From contig CAWHXP010000013.1 in the NCBI GenBank assembly GCA_963833425.1, positions 1 through 64,000 on the forward strand: a stretch of 64,000 bases of DNA, read 5' to 3'. The stretch is from an uncultured Methanosarcinaceae archaeon (GTDB taxonomy: Archaea; Halobacteriota; Methanosarcinia; Methanosarcinales; Methanosarcinaceae). The notes under the pieces are model-generated. The model ran no database searches. It was not told the DNA's origin and saw nothing but the letters and a program-made list of their open reading frames with translations. The position numbers were made by a program, and so were the translations under genes. Positions 45,876 to 56,960 of the stretch are shown in pieces (within the stretch, counting starts at the first letter, position 1; each line of letters begins with the position of its first letter).

Positions 45876-48800
45876 TCAGAGCCTAACAATGGAGGACATA
45901 TTGGTAAGAGGATCTTTTTCTACTTGAAAAATATGATCTGCCGAATCTATAAGGGATTCGTCGTGAGAGACCACTATTATCTGGCCGACCCCTATGCTGC
46001 GCATCATATCTATTAGTTGTAAAAGCTGCCTTATATGCCCACGATCAAGGAACACTGTTGGTTCATCAAGGATCATCGGTGGTAGACCATCTGCTCGGTC
46101 TCCGCCAAAACCGAGTGACAGGAGCCGGTAAATAGCACAGCGTAGGACAAGATTAAATATGGCACGTTCGCCACCGCTGAGAAGTTTAGGCTCAAGCGGA
46201 GTTCCATCTTTTCTATAAACAGTAAGATTATATTCAGAATCTAGTTCTATGTGGGAATAGGCATTATTTGCATACATAAAACTGAACATCTCGTTTAAAA
46301 GAACAGAAAGTGCACCAATGTTTTTTGCTCTCATATCAGCCCTGACGAGCATATAAATATTCTCCAGCTCCTCAGAATTATTGTATATGGCTTCGAGATA
46401 CAGAAGCCTATTTTCGAGATAGTTTAGTTCTCTTTTAAGTTTTTTAAGATTTTTCAAGTTATTTTCAACCATACCTATTTCTTTTAAAATTGAGTCTTTT
46501 GTAGCAGTCATTAACCCTATTTCTTTTGTGATATTTGCCTGGGCTTCCTCAAACTGAGCGCGCTTGAGCTGAAGATCTTCGAGCCTGTTCCCCTCCAGTT
46601 TTTCATCGAGCTGTTTTATTTTTTCACTTCTTTCAAGGATATCTCGGTCAAAGAAACTGACCTTTTCGGTAAGATTTCTGATCGAAGTCTCGAGTTCGGA
46701 GATTTTGTACTTTGTGTTATCCATACGGAGTAGGTTTGTTTGAATTTTTTTTACCTGCGTCAGAAATTTTTTACTTTCCTGGTGATTTTTTTTTGCCCCT
46801 TCTTCTTTTTTCCGCAGTTCTTCAAAATTAATTTCCAGGGATTTGAGCTTTTCTTTTTCAAAAATTTCCCTTTCTGAAAGCCCTCTTAACTTATCATTCA
46901 GTTCTTGAAGCCTCTGCTCGTGATTTTTGATTAACGCAAGAGAAGTCCTAATTTTTCCATTCAGAGCCTCAATTTCAGCGTTATTTTCAGCAAGCTTTTT
47001 CTCAAAGGCTTTTGCATCCCTCATAAATTTTTCACTTTCATTGTGAGCTTTTTGAACCGCCTCCTCGGTACCCTGGAGGGCTTTAATATAAAGGGAAAAT
47101 TTTCCAATTTCAGCTTTTAGTTCCTGTTTTCGTGTACTAAGAAATTCCAGTCTAATGGAATCATCCATGATTCGGGATTTATGGATTTTCATCCTTTCTT
47201 TCAAATCCTCTCCCTTAACACTGAGCTTTTCGATTTCCAGATCGTAATCTGAAATTTGTTTTTTCAATTTTTTTGCATCTTTGAGACGGTTCAGTTTTTT
47301 TTCGATCTCTGTCTGCTGGACTTTGATCTCCATGAGTTCTACAGCCATCTTTTCATTTTTCTGTTCAGATTCCTCTATCGCGCAGGCAGTTAAGGACTCT
47401 TCAAGCTCCTGTCCGCATGTAGGACACTTTCCTTCGGAAAGCAACTGCAAATTTTTACGAAGAACTTTTTCAAGCTCTCTGAGAGTTGTCTCCAGCTCTT
47501 TTTCCCTACCATGAAGTCTATTTCTGTTTTCCAGCAGAAGATCACTGAAATATTCCAGATCTTCGAGCTGTTCTCCGGTAAAATTGAGTCCTTTCAATTC
47601 TAATAGGACTTCGGATTTCTGCTCATTAATTACGATGACTGCTCTTGAGTTCACCTTGAGGTCCTCTTCAAGAATTTCAACTTCTTTCTGACTTTTCTGG
47701 ACTGTGCCTCTATAGTTTTGCTGTTCTTTTTCAAGTTCCAGGAGGTTTAAGTCTCTAATTTCGTTTTCTTTAAGAGCAAGTGTAAGCTTTGACGAAGTCT
47801 CACTTTTTTGGTCACGAAGAAAACTTTCTTTTTCTTCCAATTCTTTTATTACTGAAGAAATTTCATTATCTTCTTCAAACCCTGCCTTTCTTTTAAGCTC
47901 CCCATTCTCCTCTTCAGTTCTCCTTATTTTTATTCTGTTCTCTTCTATTTCTCTACTTGTAGCCCCAATATCCTTTCTGCATTGCACATAAACGCCTTCA
48001 GTTTCAACCTTTTCTTTTTCAATCTCTAGTAAGGTCTGCTTGAGGGCATGTTCGTCTTTGAAGTGAAGAGCAACTTCTTTTAAAATCTCATTTACCTTTT
48101 CCCTGATGAGAAATTCTTCATTTTCCTGTTGCTCAACAAGAATCTCAATATCAAGGTCTTCAAAGCCACATTCTTTCTCGATGGTATCATTTTCCTCTTT
48201 AAGTTCTAGTAAAATTTGCCTTTGCTCATGGACTTCACCTGCAAATGTTTCCTTTTCTTGGAAACATACATCTTTTTTTTCCTGCGACTTACAGATAGCC
48301 TGTTTTAAAATATCAATTTCCTGCAGGCGTTCTGTGTACTCCACAATCATCAAGTCGTGCTTATCTTTACGGGCAGTTGCAGCCTCTTTCATCTCATTTA
48401 AACCTTTCAATTCAATCTCATTTTCCTTCACCTTCTGCCTAAGTCCATTCAGTAATGTAACGGGTCCTGTACTTTCAATCTCTTCAATTTCAGCTTTCAC
48501 ACTTAATTGGTTGTTTTTAGTATCCCTTCCAAGCCTTTTAACAGCTGTTTTTGCACTATTTGCCCTTTCCCTATACTCTTCAAGCTTTCCAAGCTGCAGT
48601 AGATCATCAATCATGAGCTGCCTGTCTTTTGGCTTTGCATTAATGAGTACATCGATTTCTCCCTGTCGGATGTAAGCACAGTTCCTGTATGCTTCTTCAT
48701 CCATATTCAGGAGGGAACAGACTTCCTCATAAGTCCGTATGGCCTGATCAACAATAATTTCCCCATCTGCATACAGTACGCATTTTGAGCTTGAGGCATT

Positions 48801-49088
48801 CTCACTTTTAACCGAATATCTGAAAGCCTGATCAATAAGATACTCACGGCCTAAGTGCTCGAAACCCAGACTAATTTTAGCATTCTCAGCCCCTTTGAAA
48901 ATTATATCTGCAAGCACAAAATCCTTTGAAAGGATCTTACTACCAAAAAGTCCCATGAAGCATGCTTCGAGCAAGCTTGATTTTCCACTTCCGTTAACCC
49001 CAGAAATGACTGTCACTCCATCTTCGAAAGTGAAATCCAGATTTTTGTAGCTCCGGATATTTTCAGCATGAAGATTTTTCAGCTTCAC
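45876..49088 (-). CDS. rad50: DNA double-strand break repair ATPase Rad50
   Basis: Walker A GVNGSGKSS, coiled coils, zinc hook CPTCG, LSGGE, ILDEPT, VSHD. Confidence 0.95.
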   Translation of the reverse strand: MKLKNLHAENIRSYKNLDFTFEDGVTVISGVNGSGKSSLLEACFMGLFGSKILSKDFVLADIIFKGAENAKISLGFEHLGREYLIDQAFRYSVKSENASSSKCVLYADGEIIVDQAIRTYEEVCSLLNMDEEAYRNCAYIRQGEIDVLINAKPKDRQLMIDDLLQLGKLEEYRERANSAKTAVKRLGRDTKNNQLSVKAEIEEIESTGPVTLLNGLRQKVKENEIELKGLNEMKEAATARKDKHDLMIVEYTERLQEIDILKQAICKSQEKKDVCFQEKETFAGEVHEQRQILLELKEENDTIEKECGFEDLDIEILVEQQENEEFLIREKVNEILKEVALHFKDEHALKQTLLEIEKEKVETEGVYVQCRKDIGATSREIEENRIKIRRTEEENGELKRKAGFEEDNEISSVIKELEEKESFLRDQKSETSSKLTLALKENEIRDLNLLELEKEQQNYRGTVQKSQKEVEILEEDLKVNSRAVIVINEQKSEVLLELKGLNFTGEQLEDLEYFSDLLLENRNRLHGREKELETTLRELEKVLRKNLQLLSEGKCPTCGQELEESLTACAIEESEQKNEKMAVELMEIKVQQTEIEKKLNRLKDAKKLKKQISDYDLEIEKLSVKGEDLKERMKIHKSRIMDDSIRLEFLSTRKQELKAEIGKFSLYIKALQGTEEAVQKAHNESEKFMRDAKAFEKKLAENNAEIEALNGKIRTSLALIKNHEQRLQELNDKLRGLSEREIFEKEKLKSLEINFEELRKKEEGAKKNHQESKKFLTQVKKIQTNLLRMDNTKYKISELETSIRNLTEKVSFFDRDILERSEKIKQLDEKLEGNRLEDLQLKRAQFEEAQANITKEIGLMTATKDSILKEIGMVENNLKNLKKLKRELNYLENRLLYLEAIYNNSEELENIYMLVRADMRAKNIGALSVLLNEMFSFMYANNAYSHIELDSEYNLTVYRKDGTPLEPKLLSGGERAIFNLVLRCAIYRLLSLGFGGDRADGLPPMILDEPTVFLDRGHIRQLLQLIDMMRSIGVGQIIVVSHDESLIDSADHIFQVEKDPLTNMSSIVRL

Positions 49089-50860
49089 AAGTAATCACCA
49101 AGGTTATACTGTCGAGGTGCAGAAAGTTTTCCTTTTCCCTTTTTCTGCCCCGAATTTACCTTTTTTCCAACTGCATCCGAAACTTTGATCGGATATTCTT
49201 CGTCCAGCCCCTCTGTTTTGTCTCCCGTATCCTTTTCAAAGGTAACTTCATCTTCGGGATCAGGCAAAATCTCAACCTCTTTTTCAAGTCCTTTTTCACC
49301 GTCTTTCCAAAATATAATTTCTTTTCGACGGCTTTCTGCCAAAATTTTGGGTCTTTCCTGGTGGAAAGCAAATTTATATGCAGGTTCACCTATAGATTCA
49401 GGCGAAGATTCAGATAAAGATGAAGTTTCAGGCGCTGATCCGGAGCTCTCCAGACTCAATATAGACGATCCAGCAATTTTTATTTCAGAACTTTTAATAT
49501 TTTTGAAGGGTCTCAAAATTTCAGATTCTTCAGTAATTCCAGAGCCTTCGACAGTTTTAGAATTCCCAAAAATCGCCACACCAAATTCAGTTTTATCGGC
49601 TGGATCGGGATCCACAACCATTTTAACTTCGTCATCACATACGCATTCTTTTGTTTCTTTAGACTCAGTAAGTTTGATAGATCTGACAGAACTTTCTATT
49701 CTGAAATCCGGGTGTTTGAAATCAATGGATTCAATCAACTTTGAAATTCGACTTTCAGTTTCTTCATCCACTCTTGACCTTGTGACGGTTGGGTTTCGGA
49801 CAACTTCATCAACAATTAACCCGCCATCATTTAAGCTTATTTTCTTGATCTCTTCTGCAACTGCTTGATCAGGATCAGAAAATGTGACTTTCAAAACGTC
49901 GTTGGGTAAAGATTTTACTGTCCTGAAGTCTTTGACCTTTGTCACCAGGGCTCCTTTATTTAGGAGGTATTCCTCGATCTCGCTGAAGGAAAGAATCATC
50001 CTCGAATTCCCATAAATTTCCAGGAACACTACTGATTCGGGAAGCTCTTCAAGGTGTTCATTTACTGCAGAAAAAATCTGTTCATAAGTCTTCTCTTCCT
50101 CATTCAACTCTACTATAATGGAAAGGAATTTGCGGGTAGGAATTGTGCGCCTGCTAATCTCAAACCTTTCATCGGAAAGAGTGATGATGTTGTAAGAACG
50201 AAATTCCTCTTCAGAAGTGCTGTTTCTTTCTGTACTGCCTGAATACGTGACCCATGTATCTCCAACCTTAATTTTTTCATATTTGTGATAATCTCCAAGG
50301 AGAAGTGCGTCAATCTTGAACGGAAACTTATTAAGCACTTCAACACAGTCCCATTCAGCATATGGAAAAGGCTGCATGATCTGGTGCATTACAAGTAATT
50401 TCTTGCAGTTTCCAGGCAGTAGAGAATCTGAAGTTTCAAATCGAGAATAATCAAATAAAGGAATCTTTGACCTAGGGACGTTATCGATCCCGTAGATTGC
50501 AGCACCCCGTACAATTACTGGTTTTTTACCAAGTCTTACAGCAAGTTCCATTTTCTCCAAAAGATCTAGCCACTGATTATTTTGCTTACTTTCATGGTTC
50601 CCGACAATTCCGAAAAAAGGTATCCCAACAGCTTTTAACTTAAACAGGATGTTGATCGTCTCAAGAAGATCTTCTAGGGTAGGGTTTCGCGAATCAAAAA
50701 GGTCTCCTGCATGCACTACAGCATCAACTTGCATTTCAATCGCGTCATTTATTACAATTTCAAAAGACTTAAAAAAATCCTTCCTACGGACCTCGCTGTG
50801 AAATTGGCTATATCCCAGATGCGTGTCCGCAGTGTGGAGTATTCTTATTTCCTTGGCCAT
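49085..50860 (-). CDS. mre11: Mre11 nuclease with a long acidic C-terminal tail
   Basis: HTADTHLG, GDLFD, GNHE, GDYH, YSGSTER. Overlaps rad50 by 4 nt. Confidence 0.93.
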   Translation of the reverse strand: MAKEIRILHTADTHLGYSQFHSEVRRKDFFKSFEIVINDAIEMQVDAVVHAGDLFDSRNPTLEDLLETINILFKLKAVGIPFFGIVGNHESKQNNQWLDLLEKMELAVRLGKKPVIVRGAAIYGIDNVPRSKIPLFDYSRFETSDSLLPGNCKKLLVMHQIMQPFPYAEWDCVEVLNKFPFKIDALLLGDYHKYEKIKVGDTWVTYSGSTERNSTSEEEFRSYNIITLSDERFEISRRTIPTRKFLSIIVELNEEEKTYEQIFSAVNEHLEELPESVVFLEIYGNSRMILSFSEIEEYLLNKGALVTKVKDFRTVKSLPNDVLKVTFSDPDQAVAEEIKKISLNDGGLIVDEVVRNPTVTRSRVDEETESRISKLIESIDFKHPDFRIESSVRSIKLTESKETKECVCDDEVKMVVDPDPADKTEFGVAIFGNSKTVEGSGITEESEILRPFKNIKSSEIKIAGSSILSLESSGSAPETSSLSESSPESIGEPAYKFAFHQERPKILAESRRKEIIFWKDGEKGLEKEVEILPDPEDEVTFEKDTGDKTEGLDEEYPIKVSDAVGKKVNSGQKKGKGKLSAPRQYNLGDYL

Positions 50861-51152
50861 GGAGTTCTCAGTCTCTGATATTTATCCTATAAAGATTTCT
50901 ATTTTAGTATTTAACTCATTTCCACAGGACGCAAACTCCAATCAAAAAAGAAACTCAACGCTCCAATTAGATCACGATTCTTTCTCAACTTTATATGTAA
51001 ATCAACAATGAATTTTCAATGTACTATGGGGCTTTGCAAGTAAACTCTCTTTTGCACCTAAAGTTTGGGAGTTAAATCTAAAGTAAGGAATTAATGGAAG
51101 CCAGTGGCGACACTTGGTGGCAATTATTGGATTTATAATTATACGAGATTAA

Positions 51153-52151
51153 GGCTCTGTAGAAATGCTCTAAATTGAACTTTTACACCAGTATTATAAC
51201 TATTCAGTTATAATATTCTTTTTATTTTTTTCGCTAAAAATGAAGGAACATTCAATATTGAAGTTTAAAAGTACATTAAATTTGTTGATACTAGTCTTGA
51301 AACTGTTCAGTCTTCGAGACTGAAGCTTTATTCCTGCAAGTATTCAAAACACGTTTATACTCAGCATCAGCTTCTTTCACTGGTTTTATTGAAAGAGTAT
51401 ATTAGTACAGACTATCGAGATTTTGTAGAATTTATTGACCTTATGAGCGATATAAAAGAAAAACTTGCTCTTGAAAAGATTCCATATTTCACTACCCTAC
51501 AAAAGTTTGTAACTAGGATTCCTTCCTCTCTGTTTAACCTTCTTCTGTCAAGGATTCTAAAGCTGTTTTACTCATATGGAGAAAATGTCTCTGTTGCAGC
51601 GATTGATGCAACAGGATTTACGAGTTCATATGCGAGTTATTATTATTCCAGAAGAACAGGGAAGCTTCGAAAAAGCTTACTGAGAACTTCAATGTCAGTG
51701 GACACAAGTAAAAAGATAATATTGGGATGGAAATTAGTCAAAAAACAGACCATGAAATCAAACATGCAAATGCTCTGATAAGGCAATCAAATAAGATGAG
51801 AAAGTCTGATTGTTATGTAATGGATAAACGATACGATTCAGAAAAAATACATTCTATAATTAGAGAAGAAATCAAAGCAGATTCAATTATACCTGTAAGA
51901 GAGAGAAAAAGAAAGAAAATAAGAGGTAAATATAGAAAACAGTTGAATCTGGTCTTTGACAGAATTAAATATAATCAAAGAAATATCGTGGAGACAATAT
52001 TTTATGTAGTTAAAAGAAAATTAGGAGAAACACTAAGGGCAAGGAAATTCCGTTATCAAGTGAAAGAGATTAAAATTAAATTAATAATATACAACATAAA
52101 TAAAAAAGTTGTAGAGGTAATTGGCATCAAATTGAGGATTTCTACAGAGCC
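51153..52151 (+). mobile_element. IS5-family element (ISH1-like), 999 bp, frameshifted transposase
   Basis: TIRs ggctctgtagaaat / atttctacagagcc and an 8-bp target duplication gagattaa on both sides. DDE motifs AIDATG, MDKRYD, RNIVET. Frameshifts near 51270 and 51730. Confidence 0.92.
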
Positions 52152-52769
52152 GAGATTAATATAGTTTATAAAAAATTATCGAAAATTTAGTTTTGTAAAA
52201 AGTCTTTTTTTTCACGAACTTCAAAAGATATATTTTTTGAAAAAAATCTTTTCTATTTCTGATTTAATCTGTTTACTAGAGTTTTTCATATTCTCTAATT
52301 TTTAGTATGTCTTAACTATTTCCATGTGTTCTTCGTAAGATTGGATATTTATAAATAATATTTAAAAAAATCTGTTATATTCCAAGTCCCATTATCAGAA
52401 TTTGGCTAGTATTCGAGAAGAGTTTTTCGATATTGTGTAATTGCCCATTTGAGTGATATTTTATATTTACAATCATTTTTCAACGAATAAGTTTATGCAG
52501 GTCATTAATTGTATGCTCCCCTTTAATTAAATAGAATGTAGTCCCTGCGTTCTCATTTCTAATAACGAGAATTTTTTCTTTATCTTCAAAAACTTTTATT
52601 TTTCCCATTTATTTCATATGCTAAAATCTTCCCATTTTTGTATATTGTAGAAATGATTTTTGAACTGATGAGATGCAGAACTATTGCAAGACCAGATATA
52701 TTTAAATAATCGCAAGCACTCTAGGACTCCAGCAATTCGTACACCATTTTCCAATCATGGAGTGTCTCT

Positions 52770-55382
52770 ATGAAAGAATCGGAAATTCAAGTAGAATACA
52801 ATGCAAACGATATTGAGGAAAAGTGGATGGAGAAATGGGATCTTTCCATGTACCACTTCAACTGGGAAAAGGATTCACGTCTCCAATATATTATCGACAC
52901 CCCACCCCCTTATCCGACAGGCAATTTCCATATTGGGAACGCACTTAATTGGTGCTATATAGACTTTGTTGCTCGTTACAAACGAATGCGTGGATACAAT
53001 GTGATGTTCCCCGAGGGTTGGGACTGTCATGGCTTGCCAACGGAAGTAAAGGTTGAAGAAATTCATGGAATAACTAAAAACCAAGTTTCTCGTGTAGAAT
53101 TTCGGAGAATGTGTAGGGAACTAACGGCAGAAAACATTGACAAGATGCGCAAAACAATGCTGCGTCTGGGCTTTTCTGTGGACTGGAGCAACGAATTCGT
53201 AACTATGGAACCGTCATATTTTGTAAAGACACAGAAATCTTTTGTTCGGATGTACAATGATGGATACATCTATCACGAAGAGCATCCTGTTAACTGGTGC
53301 CCTCGCTGCGAAACTGCCATTGCTTTTGCAGAAGTAGAATATGATACAAGGCAAACGAAACTTAACTTTATCCATTTCGGCAAGCTCGACATTGCAACTA
53401 CAAGGCCAGAACTTATGTCAGCCTGTGTTGCCATTGCAGTCAATCCTAAAGACAAGCGATACAAGCAATATGTCGGCCAGGAAATTAGGGTACCTATTTT
53501 TAAGCAGAAAGTGACTTTGATTACTGATGAAGTTGTTGAGCCTGAATTCGGCACAGGAGCTGTAATGATCTGTACTTTTGGGGATAAACAAGATGTACAC
53601 TGGCGGGCAAAATACGGGTTACCACTTGTAAAAACTATCGACAAGCAAGGAAAGATGACGAAAGCTGCAGGCAAGTATGAAGGCTTGAGTACAACAGCAT
53701 GCAGGAAGGCTATAATTTCTGACCTGAAGGCCGAAGGTTTTCTGTATGACCAAAAATCACTGAAGCAAAATGTAGGACTTTGCTGGCGTTGCGACACTCC
53801 TATAGAAATTCTTTCCGAACCCCAATGGTTCGTGAAGATCAACCATGAAAGCATTCTGAAAGCTGCAGAAGAGATTAATTGGTGTCCAGAATATATGAAA
53901 ACTAGGCTGCAGAACTGGACAGGCACCATGGAATGGGACTGGTGTATTTCCAGGCAGAGAATCTTTGCAACTCCAATTCCGATATGGTATTGTAAACATT
54001 GTGGAGAAGTCATGCTTGCAGAAGAGAGCTGGCTTCCGATTGATCCAAATGAAACAGCTCCAAAGAAGGCCTGTACTTGTGGCTCAACCGAATTTCGACC
54101 CGAGATCGATGTCCTTGATACCTGGATGGATTCCTCGATTACTGCGTTACACGTCACTGGTTGGGAAAGCGAGCATGAACTCCGCTTGCCTGCTCAGATC
54201 CGTCCTCAAGGACATGATATCATCAGAACCTGGGCTTTTTATACAATACTGCGTAGCATGGCTCTTGAAAACAAGAAGCCCTGGGACTCTATAATAATTA
54301 ATGGTATGGTGCTTGGGCCTGATGGCCATAAAATGAGCAAATCCCTTGGAAACATTATTTCCCCCGAAGAAGTGATATTACAGTACAGTGCCGATGCTTT
54401 TAGGCAGTGGGGAGCAGTTGGAGGTTCCACAGGCTCAGATATAATGTTCCGCTGGAAAGATGTAGTTTCAGCTTCTCGCTTTCTCCAGAAGACGTGGAGC
54501 ATCTATCGTTTCTCTATGTCTCATTTAAATGATTTCGGACCTGAAGACGCAGAAAAATTCCCCATTAATTCCCTCTTTACTATTGACAGATGGCTCCTAA
54601 GCAAGCTTAACAGACTTGTGTCTACTACCACTGAAGAGCTTGATGGATACAACTTTGATTCAACTTTCAAGTCTATTCGAAACTTTACTTGGGAAGTCCT
54701 TGCGGACAATTATTTAGAAATTGTAAAAGGCAGACTCTATGGCGACAAGCTCGAAGACAGGAGAGCAGGCCAATATGTTCTCCACCAAACGATGAAAACT
54801 CTTTCATTGCTGCTTGCGCCTTTTGTACCTTTCTTTGCAGAAGAGCTGCATTCAAGATTTAGCAAGGAAAGTGTCCATATGCAGGCTTGGCCAACTATCG
54901 ATAAAAGTCTCATCAGCGAAGAAGCTGAAGCGGCAGGAGAACTGATTAAGCGAATCACTAGTGAAGTTCGCAGGTATAAATCAGATTTAGGGATGGCTCT
55001 CAATGCCCCACTGAAGAAAATCGAGATATATAATGCGGATGATATCGATATAGGAGATATTTCAGGCGCTACGAACTCTGAAGTGGAATTGATGGGAGGT
55101 GCTCCTTGCTTTGAATATATGCCCGTGGAAATTAAGGTTAACATGGGTTTAATTGGGCCACGCTTCAGGAAGGATGCAAATAATGTTGTAAGAGCCCTAA
55201 AAAATGGAGATCTTGCGACTATTGAGGCCCAGCAAGCTTCAGGAGACATAACCATTGTTGTAAAAGGTCAACAAATAAAAATCGAATCTGAAGCCGTGGT
55301 GATAACAAAGGAAGTGATCTCAGAAGGTCGAGAAGTCGATATTCTAGAAGTTAATGATGTGATTGTTGTAATAGTAAGGTAA
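52770..55382 (+). CDS. valS: Valine--tRNA ligase
   Basis: DTPPPYPTGNFHIGN, GWDCHGLP, TTRPE, DWCISRQR, DVLDTW, KMSKS. Confidence 0.97.
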   Translation: MKESEIQVEYNANDIEEKWMEKWDLSMYHFNWEKDSRLQYIIDTPPPYPTGNFHIGNALNWCYIDFVARYKRMRGYNVMFPEGWDCHGLPTEVKVEEIHGITKNQVSRVEFRRMCRELTAENIDKMRKTMLRLGFSVDWSNEFVTMEPSYFVKTQKSFVRMYNDGYIYHEEHPVNWCPRCETAIAFAEVEYDTRQTKLNFIHFGKLDIATTRPELMSACVAIAVNPKDKRYKQYVGQEIRVPIFKQKVTLITDEVVEPEFGTGAVMICTFGDKQDVHWRAKYGLPLVKTIDKQGKMTKAAGKYEGLSTTACRKAIISDLKAEGFLYDQKSLKQNVGLCWRCDTPIEILSEPQWFVKINHESILKAAEEINWCPEYMKTRLQNWTGTMEWDWCISRQRIFATPIPIWYCKHCGEVMLAEESWLPIDPNETAPKKACTCGSTEFRPEIDVLDTWMDSSITALHVTGWESEHELRLPAQIRPQGHDIIRTWAFYTILRSMALENKKPWDSIIINGMVLGPDGHKMSKSLGNIISPEEVILQYSADAFRQWGAVGGSTGSDIMFRWKDVVSASRFLQKTWSIYRFSMSHLNDFGPEDAEKFPINSLFTIDRWLLSKLNRLVSTTTEELDGYNFDSTFKSIRNFTWEVLADNYLEIVKGRLYGDKLEDRRAGQYVLHQTMKTLSLLLAPFVPFFAEELHSRFSKESVHMQAWPTIDKSLISEEAEAAGELIKRITSEVRRYKSDLGMALNAPLKKIEIYNADDIDIGDISGATNSEVELMGGAPCFEYMPVEIKVNMGLIGPRFRKDANNVVRALKNGDLATIEAQQASGDITIVVKGQQIKIESEAVVITKEVISEGREVDILEVNDVIVVIVR

Positions 55383-55400
55383 GCATATGCTTACCTTTTT
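55376..55400 (+). terminator. Palindromic terminator overlapping the valS stop
   Basis: Perfect 22-bp palindrome aaggtaagcatatgcttacctt running into a T tract. Confidence 0.6.
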
Positions 55401-55404
55401 ACCC

Positions 55405-55635
55405 CTACTCTGGCATGAAAGTACATGAGGATATTTTCTCATATTATTCTCACAGTCTCTTTTCTCATAATTGCAATTATTCCACTAATTAATTTTATAC
55501 GTTTATTAACCAAGAATTCATCAGCTTCAACAATCTTCCTCTTTTGAATGCCTCCCTTTTTATACTCTGTTTCATATCCATATATCTAGTCATTTGTAAT
55601 CAGATGCCATATAATTGTGGAAAATTTTCCTTGAT
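55405..55635 (-). mobile_element. IS110-family transposase C-terminus / right-end relic
   Basis: TIIWHLITND*IY...KRKIVEADEF...RIKLISGII. Confidence 0.6.
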
Positions 55636-55639
55636 ATAA

Positions 55640-56960
55640 AATAATTTCAAGCTTTCAATTTTTATAGATCAGCTTGATAGGGCTGAAAGGCTCTTCAAAT
55701 AGTCCTTTGTTTTCCTGTAAACATACTTTGATAGGTTTTCAAGAGGTCGGTACTCAATTGAATTAATTTTTTCCAAAAAACCAAAAAGAAGTTTATCTCT
55801 TGTTTTGCAGCCTTTTTCTTCAAAGATCTGCAGGAGGTTCTAAAATGAAGCTCGGATGCTGGGGTGACATCATAAGATCGTGTTTTGGTAACCTCTTCTA
55901 CAACCTTTTTCAATTTTGGGACATCCTATCTCCTCAGATTTTTCAATTTCCTTCAGGACTTCAAACGGCCCTGTATATACGCAGTATCAAACATTTGCTT
56001 TTTCATGCGTTTCAGTTGCTTTTTTGAATTGTTCCATTGCCTGGTTAAGCCGTTCCATATCAGGTTACTTTAAAGAAAGTTCTTCATTTACAAGTTTTCT
56101 TCCAGAAAGGTAATATAGGTAGAATCGCAGAGTTTTGAAATAGCCTCGTCGTCTTCAACAGATTTTTGTTTTCGATTGCTTTTATAGTTTTTTTCATATG
56201 CTTCTGCACGTTTTCCAGAATCGGTTTCAGCTCTGATGTTCTTCAGCAGAAAATCGATATATGCACTCAGCCCTGCCCCCATAACCAGTTCTCTTTCGTG
56301 CTTCAGCTCATATTTAATAAGAAAATCATGATATTTTTTGCACTACTCGACTGCTTTTTTTAGATATTTCATCTGATCACATTTATTGCCTTTTTTTCCC
56401 AAGTCAGACTTTATTTCAACGAGTCAGATTATAAACTTTGGTTTTTTTGCCTAAAGTCCGGTATTGCATGGGTTCTGTATAAATTTCAAGTGTTTTTTAG
56501 TACCTTTTATTGCTTCTTCAATGCGACCAATGTTTTTAAGCAAGGCGCTAGGATTATTGAGCGTCCTTCCAACGTATGATTGGTAAGCTACATTTTCTGG
56601 GTATGTTTGGAGTAGGTTTTGAGAGATTGATAGGTTCAGCTCATTGCAATTTTTAGCTTGAAGAAAAAGTCCCATGCTATAGGAAAGATTTCCAAGGTTG
56701 AATATGGCGTCGAAATTCAACTGAAAAATAGACTGATAAAGTTCATCATTAAGGCCCTTTGAGAGAAATTCCTCAGTAACTTTTAAGGTACAACGGTAGA
56801 TTTTCAAAGCCTCTACCTACTCACCTCAGGTCTGCCTTAGATACCCTTTCTCAGTTTGGACAGAGATCAATATCATTTGCTTTTGCCTTCTGTGAGGCTT
56901 TTTAGGCTTGTTCAAGTTCTATTAAGGTTTACACAGGTTTGCCTTTTTGCATTAAGTATA
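55640..56960 (-). pseudogene. Fragmented large TPR protein gene
   Basis: PENVAYQSYVGRTLNN...GRIEEA TPR-like motif. Downstream fragments (QAMEQFKKA, FEEPFSP) lie in shifting frames. Confidence 0.7.

Noticed and set aside
45876..55382. Antisense and off-frame ORFs within rad50, mre11 and valS (also pyrG, mch and others)
   Set aside because: Shadow ORFs of well-supported genes.
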